Below are positions 59,873-64,000 of a stretch of DNA of 64,000 bases, one piece after another; position 1 is the first letter of the stretch, and every line of letters starts with the position of its first letter. Under the pieces are notes generated by a model. The model worked only from the letters and a program-made list of their open reading frames with translations. It did not search any database and was not told the origin of the DNA. Position numbers and translations under genes: made by a program. This stretch comes from Pseudomonadota bacterium (lineage in GTDB: Bacteria > Pseudomonadota > Alphaproteobacteria > RF32 > CAG-239), in NCBI GenBank assembly GCA_918234285.1, contig CAKJXZ020000003.1, forward strand, positions 103,038 through 167,037, read 5' to 3'.

Positions 59873-60811
59873 ATGGCTGAAGATACTGAAAAAGAACCAA
59901 AAACGCCGGAAAACACAAATACCGAGGATTCTTCTGTTGGCAAAGCCCAAGAACCCTCTGGCTATTCATATGATGTTGCAGAAGACACTATTGAAAACAA
60001 AAAAGGACAACTTCACATAAAAGTACAAAAATCAATAGATGAAACGGAACAAACCTCCATTATTTCAGAAACAACTACTTGTGAATATAAGTCTGAAAAG
60101 AGGACTCAAAATGATACAACAAATGTAATCTATAAATATGACAGTCTCTCAGGAAATTCCGAACATACCACCGAGTTTTCAAATGCAAGTACCTTTAACC
60201 GCAAAGGAATTTTAAAAACATCAACCGAAAGACATTCGGAACACACCGTGCATGAACGAGGAGCTTTAGGTCTTAGTCAAGGTTTAACTGAGCCCATAGA
60301 ATATGGTTATAATTCAGTTAAAAAATACACTTTTGATAAAAACAATAATATCACATCAACTCATCAACACTATAATAGAACAGCCTCATCAGGCTCTTGT
60401 GTGTCTGACGAATATGCAACTTATAAATGGTCAGCCAAAATTATTGACTGGGAAGGTATTGCCATATTACCAAAAGATTATCAAATGGCCAGCTATCTTG
60501 CAAGTACTTTACTTTTAGAAGGAGAAAGTATGGAAAATTGTATGAAAATTGCCCAACAAAATAATCATTTTTCAGACCAAAAATTTATGGTCTTTCTTAT
60601 GAAAATCAGAACTTTTGAAGGTTTGTACTTTTTTGCTGAGAATAAGAATATTTACACACAAAACAATCTTTCTATTTCGAAAGAAATACTTCAAAAATAT
60701 TATGAAGCATCTAAAAAAATTACTCTATTTGAAAAATCCCAAAATGCAAATGATAATAATTTATCCTTAAATATGGTTCGTGACTTAAAATTATTAAGGA
60801 ATGGAAAATGA
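59873..60811 (+). CDS. Orphan hypothetical protein
   Basis: RBS gaggag, T/E/S-rich N-terminal half, stop overlaps the next start (ATGA). Confidence 0.7.
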   Translation: MAEDTEKEPKTPENTNTEDSSVGKAQEPSGYSYDVAEDTIENKKGQLHIKVQKSIDETEQTSIISETTTCEYKSEKRTQNDTTNVIYKYDSLSGNSEHTTEFSNASTFNRKGILKTSTERHSEHTVHERGALGLSQGLTEPIEYGYNSVKKYTFDKNNNITSTHQHYNRTASSGSCVSDEYATYKWSAKIIDWEGIAILPKDYQMASYLASTLLLEGESMENCMKIAQQNNHFSDQKFMVFLMKIRTFEGLYFFAENKNIYTQNNLSISKEILQKYYEASKKITLFEKSQNANDNNLSLNMVRDLKLLRNGK

Positions 60812-61482
60812 AAAGATATTTACGTCACTCAATTGAAAACATGCGTGATATAGGCGGATACAACCGGCTTCCCTATAGAAAGTTAATTCGTAGTAATTTA
60901 CCTAAAAATCTCTCAGCACAAGATATTGATTATCTTAAGCAAATGAAAATTACGACCATTATTGATTTACGTAGCGAAGAGGAATATACTTCGCGTATTT
61001 CATGTTTTGAAAATAGAAAAGATTTTAATCTTGTGCATTGTCCTTTTGTTATCGGAAGAGATATCCCGGAAACACCCGAAGATGTCCCTATCTCCTACCT
61101 GAAGATGTTGGAAGATAAGGAAAATATGTATAATATTTTCACAACGATTATGAATGCCAATGGCGGTTTGATATATTTTTGTAACGCAGGTAAAGATCGC
61201 ACCGGAGTTATAACAGCACTTTTAATGATGTTTTTAAACTATCCTCATAAAGAAATTATTGAAGATTATATGATGAGCAAAATCAATCTTCATAATATTC
61301 TTATAAATTTTATTGCATCATCTAATCGTCCAATTGCCGATATTGTCATCCCTAATACGTATTTTATGAAAAAGTTTTTAGTTGATTTTTATAAGAAATA
61401 TGGCTCAATTACATCATATCTTAATAGTATAGGTTTCGATAAATCGTTACAAAGAAAAATTAGAAATAAACTGCTAAAATAA
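60808..61482 (+). CDS. Protein tyrosine/serine phosphatase (IphP/PtpB-like)
   Basis: NMRDIGG, IDLRS..E, CNAGKDRTG. Confidence 0.92.
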   Translation: MKRYLRHSIENMRDIGGYNRLPYRKLIRSNLPKNLSAQDIDYLKQMKITTIIDLRSEEEYTSRISCFENRKDFNLVHCPFVIGRDIPETPEDVPISYLKMLEDKENMYNIFTTIMNANGGLIYFCNAGKDRTGVITALLMMFLNYPHKEIIEDYMMSKINLHNILINFIASSNRPIADIVIPNTYFMKKFLVDFYKKYGSITSYLNSIGFDKSLQRKIRNKLLK

Positions 61483-61564
61483 TTTATCGGTTATTTTATG
61501 TTTTGCAAATATCATTCGGCAAAATCATCAAGCACCCAACAGCGAAATTCAGCCGAATTGAACG

Positions 61565-61890
61565 AACCATGGGTTCGAGGATCCTGGGTCAACAAAAAAG
61601 CGCTTCCGAAGAAGCGCTTGTACTGGTGATCTTTGGTGGGACTCTTCTTGCAACACTTTTGTGTTGCTGCGGTCACTCGTTCCCATCGGCTCGCCGCGGG
61701 GCGCTTACGCTACCTTGCTTGCCGGGGAACTTCGCCTCTTGCGCTGAAAAAATGCCATTTAAGGGCATTTTTTCATGCGCGAGCCCATATTGGGCAATAT
61801 GACTTCGAGCCTATGGTCACCAATAAAAAAAACACCCATAAAGGGTGCTTATTTTATTGGTGATGCTTACCTCGCAACCTACGAGGTGAA
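61565..61890. repeat. GC-rich palindromic block with tRNA-3'-end-like motifs
   Basis: GGGTTCGAG..GGGTCAACA-hairpin-TGGTGATC and TTCGAG..GGTCACCA-hairpin-TGGTGATG; internal hairpin gaaaaaatgcc/ggcattttttc. Confidence 0.65.
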
Positions 61891-61893
61891 TAA

Positions 61894-63786
61894 CTACATT
61901 TCCATCCCCTTATTAATTTGAATTAGAGGCGTAACTTTACTTTTCTCAAAAGATGTTTCTCTGGTCGGTACAATCGGTTTTGTATCATTAGCCAAAAACG
62001 AATTTTTTCCTTGTCTTAATTCATGTCGTATAAACTCACCTTGTTGTTGTGGTGTCATATCATTAAACGCAACTCGAGCATCACTTAAATCTGTTTGCAG
62101 CGTACTGGCTGAATAAACAAATTTTTTAGCAGGTGGTATTGTCTTATAATCTATAATATCAAATCCGTATTCATCCTGTAAAATATTGCCTTTTTCATCT
62201 CTTTTGAATTCCGGAGCTTTAACTGTAAAATATTGTAAGCTATCATCCTTTTTACCGGACAATTCTAATTTTTGTTTTATTGTGTCATAATCACTTTTAT
62301 CTATTGTAAGAATTTGCTCGGTAACTTTTTCTATATCCAGATAAGGTTGTCCCTGATACATTATATTGTTTCTTTTCGCAATTTCTTCTGGATGAATAGT
62401 TTCGGCATTTTCTGCCAAATGGCACCAATTTTGGGTAATATACTGTTGCGTTTTGTAGTCGTATCCGTATTGTTTGTCCCATTCTAAAGAGGCTTTACTT
62501 AGAGCTTGGTGCATATCATGATTTTGCTCATATTCGAGTGTAAATGCTTTTAGCATGTATTCATGACCATCCCCAGTATTTTCCTTGCCCACATTAGTTC
62601 CTAATTTTTGATTCATCTGGTACATCGCTGCAACTTCGATAGAATACGCATCTACTTCCTGTAGAGATGATTGTACAAAAGTATTTGCCCAATTATCTCT
62701 GACGATATTTTCACCGGTATCTTGACAGGCATGACGTGATTCATGAACAAGGGTGGCAATGGCTGCAACCTTTCGTGAGTCAGTATCTAAATGATTCATT
62801 GAAGCACTATCAATAGAAAGTACTCCTCCTCCATAATGTCCACCCACACCTGGTGCCTGTTCACTGATAATATATTTTGTTCCCTTATCAATAGCGGCAG
62901 ATAAAACCTCTTTTGCAATATCAGAATTCTGACACCCCATTGATAATAGTTGAGCCAATACCTGCACTTCTCTTTCTGAACCGAGTATCTGTCCGTTATC
63001 CATTGCTTTTTGCACAATAGGATCAATGCTTTTAGTGTCTACAAAGGGATGGGTATCATAAACAGAAGAAAACTGATTAACTTTATCTTCCAAAGATTTT
63101 TCATTTTGAGCGAGCAAAGTTTCTTTGTTTTGCAATGTTGTTTTGTCGTTATTCGTATTTTCATCAACAAGTGCAAGCTCGCTTTGTTTTTCGCCCATTT
63201 GATTTTGTAGTTGTTGTTTCTCAGCATCATATTTATGATTTATATCATCTGCTATTCTGGAAAAATCCGCAGAAACATCAAAATTTCCGATTTTCCCATT
63301 TTCCATATCTTTTTTGATGTTCTCAAATTGCGCATCAAATTCCGCTAATTTCTTACCGTGAAGCATTCTTGCGAAAAAACCGGCAGAAGCTGATATTTTT
63401 TCCGATTTTACGGTTTTTGTATTAAATTCATCTTGAGATTGAGAGAGTGTTAGGAATTGGTCTTTTGCTTTTTTTCTCAAAGAAGGCGGAAGTGCTTCAA
63501 TCATCTTGTCGCGTTTATCACAAAATTGCTTTGCTTGTTCTATTTCTTTATTTTGCCTAGATTCAAGTTTTTTATGTTCATCGGAAAGATAATTTATACT
63601 GCCTTGCAACTTATTTTTTCTGTCTTCATTACTTTTTAATTGAGTTTGTAATAACTCTATTTCTTGTTTCAGACTATCAATTTGCTGTTTTTCCAGTTGC
63701 TGTTGTGTGAATAACAAAACAGCTTCTTTTTTATCAAGAAGCTGAAGTAATTCCGCATTATCCTTTATGTAATTATCTTCTTCCAT
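61894..63786 (-). CDS. Coiled-coil protein with HExxH metallopeptidase-like domain
   Basis: N-terminal coiled coil; LVHESRHACQ...QEVDA. Confidence 0.75.
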   Translation of the reverse strand: MEEDNYIKDNAELLQLLDKKEAVLLFTQQQLEKQQIDSLKQEIELLQTQLKSNEDRKNKLQGSINYLSDEHKKLESRQNKEIEQAKQFCDKRDKMIEALPPSLRKKAKDQFLTLSQSQDEFNTKTVKSEKISASAGFFARMLHGKKLAEFDAQFENIKKDMENGKIGNFDVSADFSRIADDINHKYDAEKQQLQNQMGEKQSELALVDENTNNDKTTLQNKETLLAQNEKSLEDKVNQFSSVYDTHPFVDTKSIDPIVQKAMDNGQILGSEREVQVLAQLLSMGCQNSDIAKEVLSAAIDKGTKYIISEQAPGVGGHYGGGVLSIDSASMNHLDTDSRKVAAIATLVHESRHACQDTGENIVRDNWANTFVQSSLQEVDAYSIEVAAMYQMNQKLGTNVGKENTGDGHEYMLKAFTLEYEQNHDMHQALSKASLEWDKQYGYDYKTQQYITQNWCHLAENAETIHPEEIAKRNNIMYQGQPYLDIEKVTEQILTIDKSDYDTIKQKLELSGKKDDSLQYFTVKAPEFKRDEKGNILQDEYGFDIIDYKTIPPAKKFVYSASTLQTDLSDARVAFNDMTPQQQGEFIRHELRQGKNSFLANDTKPIVPTRETSFEKSKVTPLIQINKGMEM

Positions 63787-64000
63787 AAGTAGATTATAGC
63801 ATATTTATCAAAAGATTCAATATAAATTTTTTTAACCTCTAAGTTTATCATATCCTCTTAATTTTATTACATTGTTACTATAATGGTTCGTAAAATTTCC
63901 TAAAATGAGCATTTTCAAAAAACAAAGATTCGAACTCGGTTAAGTACTTGAAAATAAAAGAAAAAGCAGGCTTTTGACAGCCTGCTGTTTGTATTGGTGA

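Noticed and set aside
61565-61865. Intact tRNA gene or the 61503/61633 ORFs
   Set aside because: Only T-loop and acceptor-like 3' fragments are present, with no D or anticodon arms; the ORFs run through palindromes.

Overview
Chromosomal window of an Alphaproteobacterium, shown by a permuted two-piece tmRNA next to alpha-type sspB, gcrA and CtrA-type boxes. It is probably an uncultured host-associated lineage (inference). Housekeeping genes (fabD/G, ftsK, rpsD, queA, lgt, trkH, metG, xseB, ispA, ileS, nusG, secE) alternate with many orphan genes. Best candidate for a new system: 12.6-16.3 kb, a polymorphic cassette locus with no prophage genes. A short MuF (phage Mu gpF-like) domain carries alternative T4-lysozyme-like C-termini, each paired with a convergent, separately promoted secreted protein (putative immunity). 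The lead gene is split by a 160-163 bp structured insert. Other signals: a family of ~110 bp covarying palindromes at the stop codons of fabG, rpsD, ileS and nusG; an Ile-rich leader peptide before ileS; orphan proteins sharing a basic C-terminal tail (possible secretion signal); and an AT-rich terminal island punctuated by tRNA-3'-end-like scars. All family calls come from motif recognition by eye; no searches were run.
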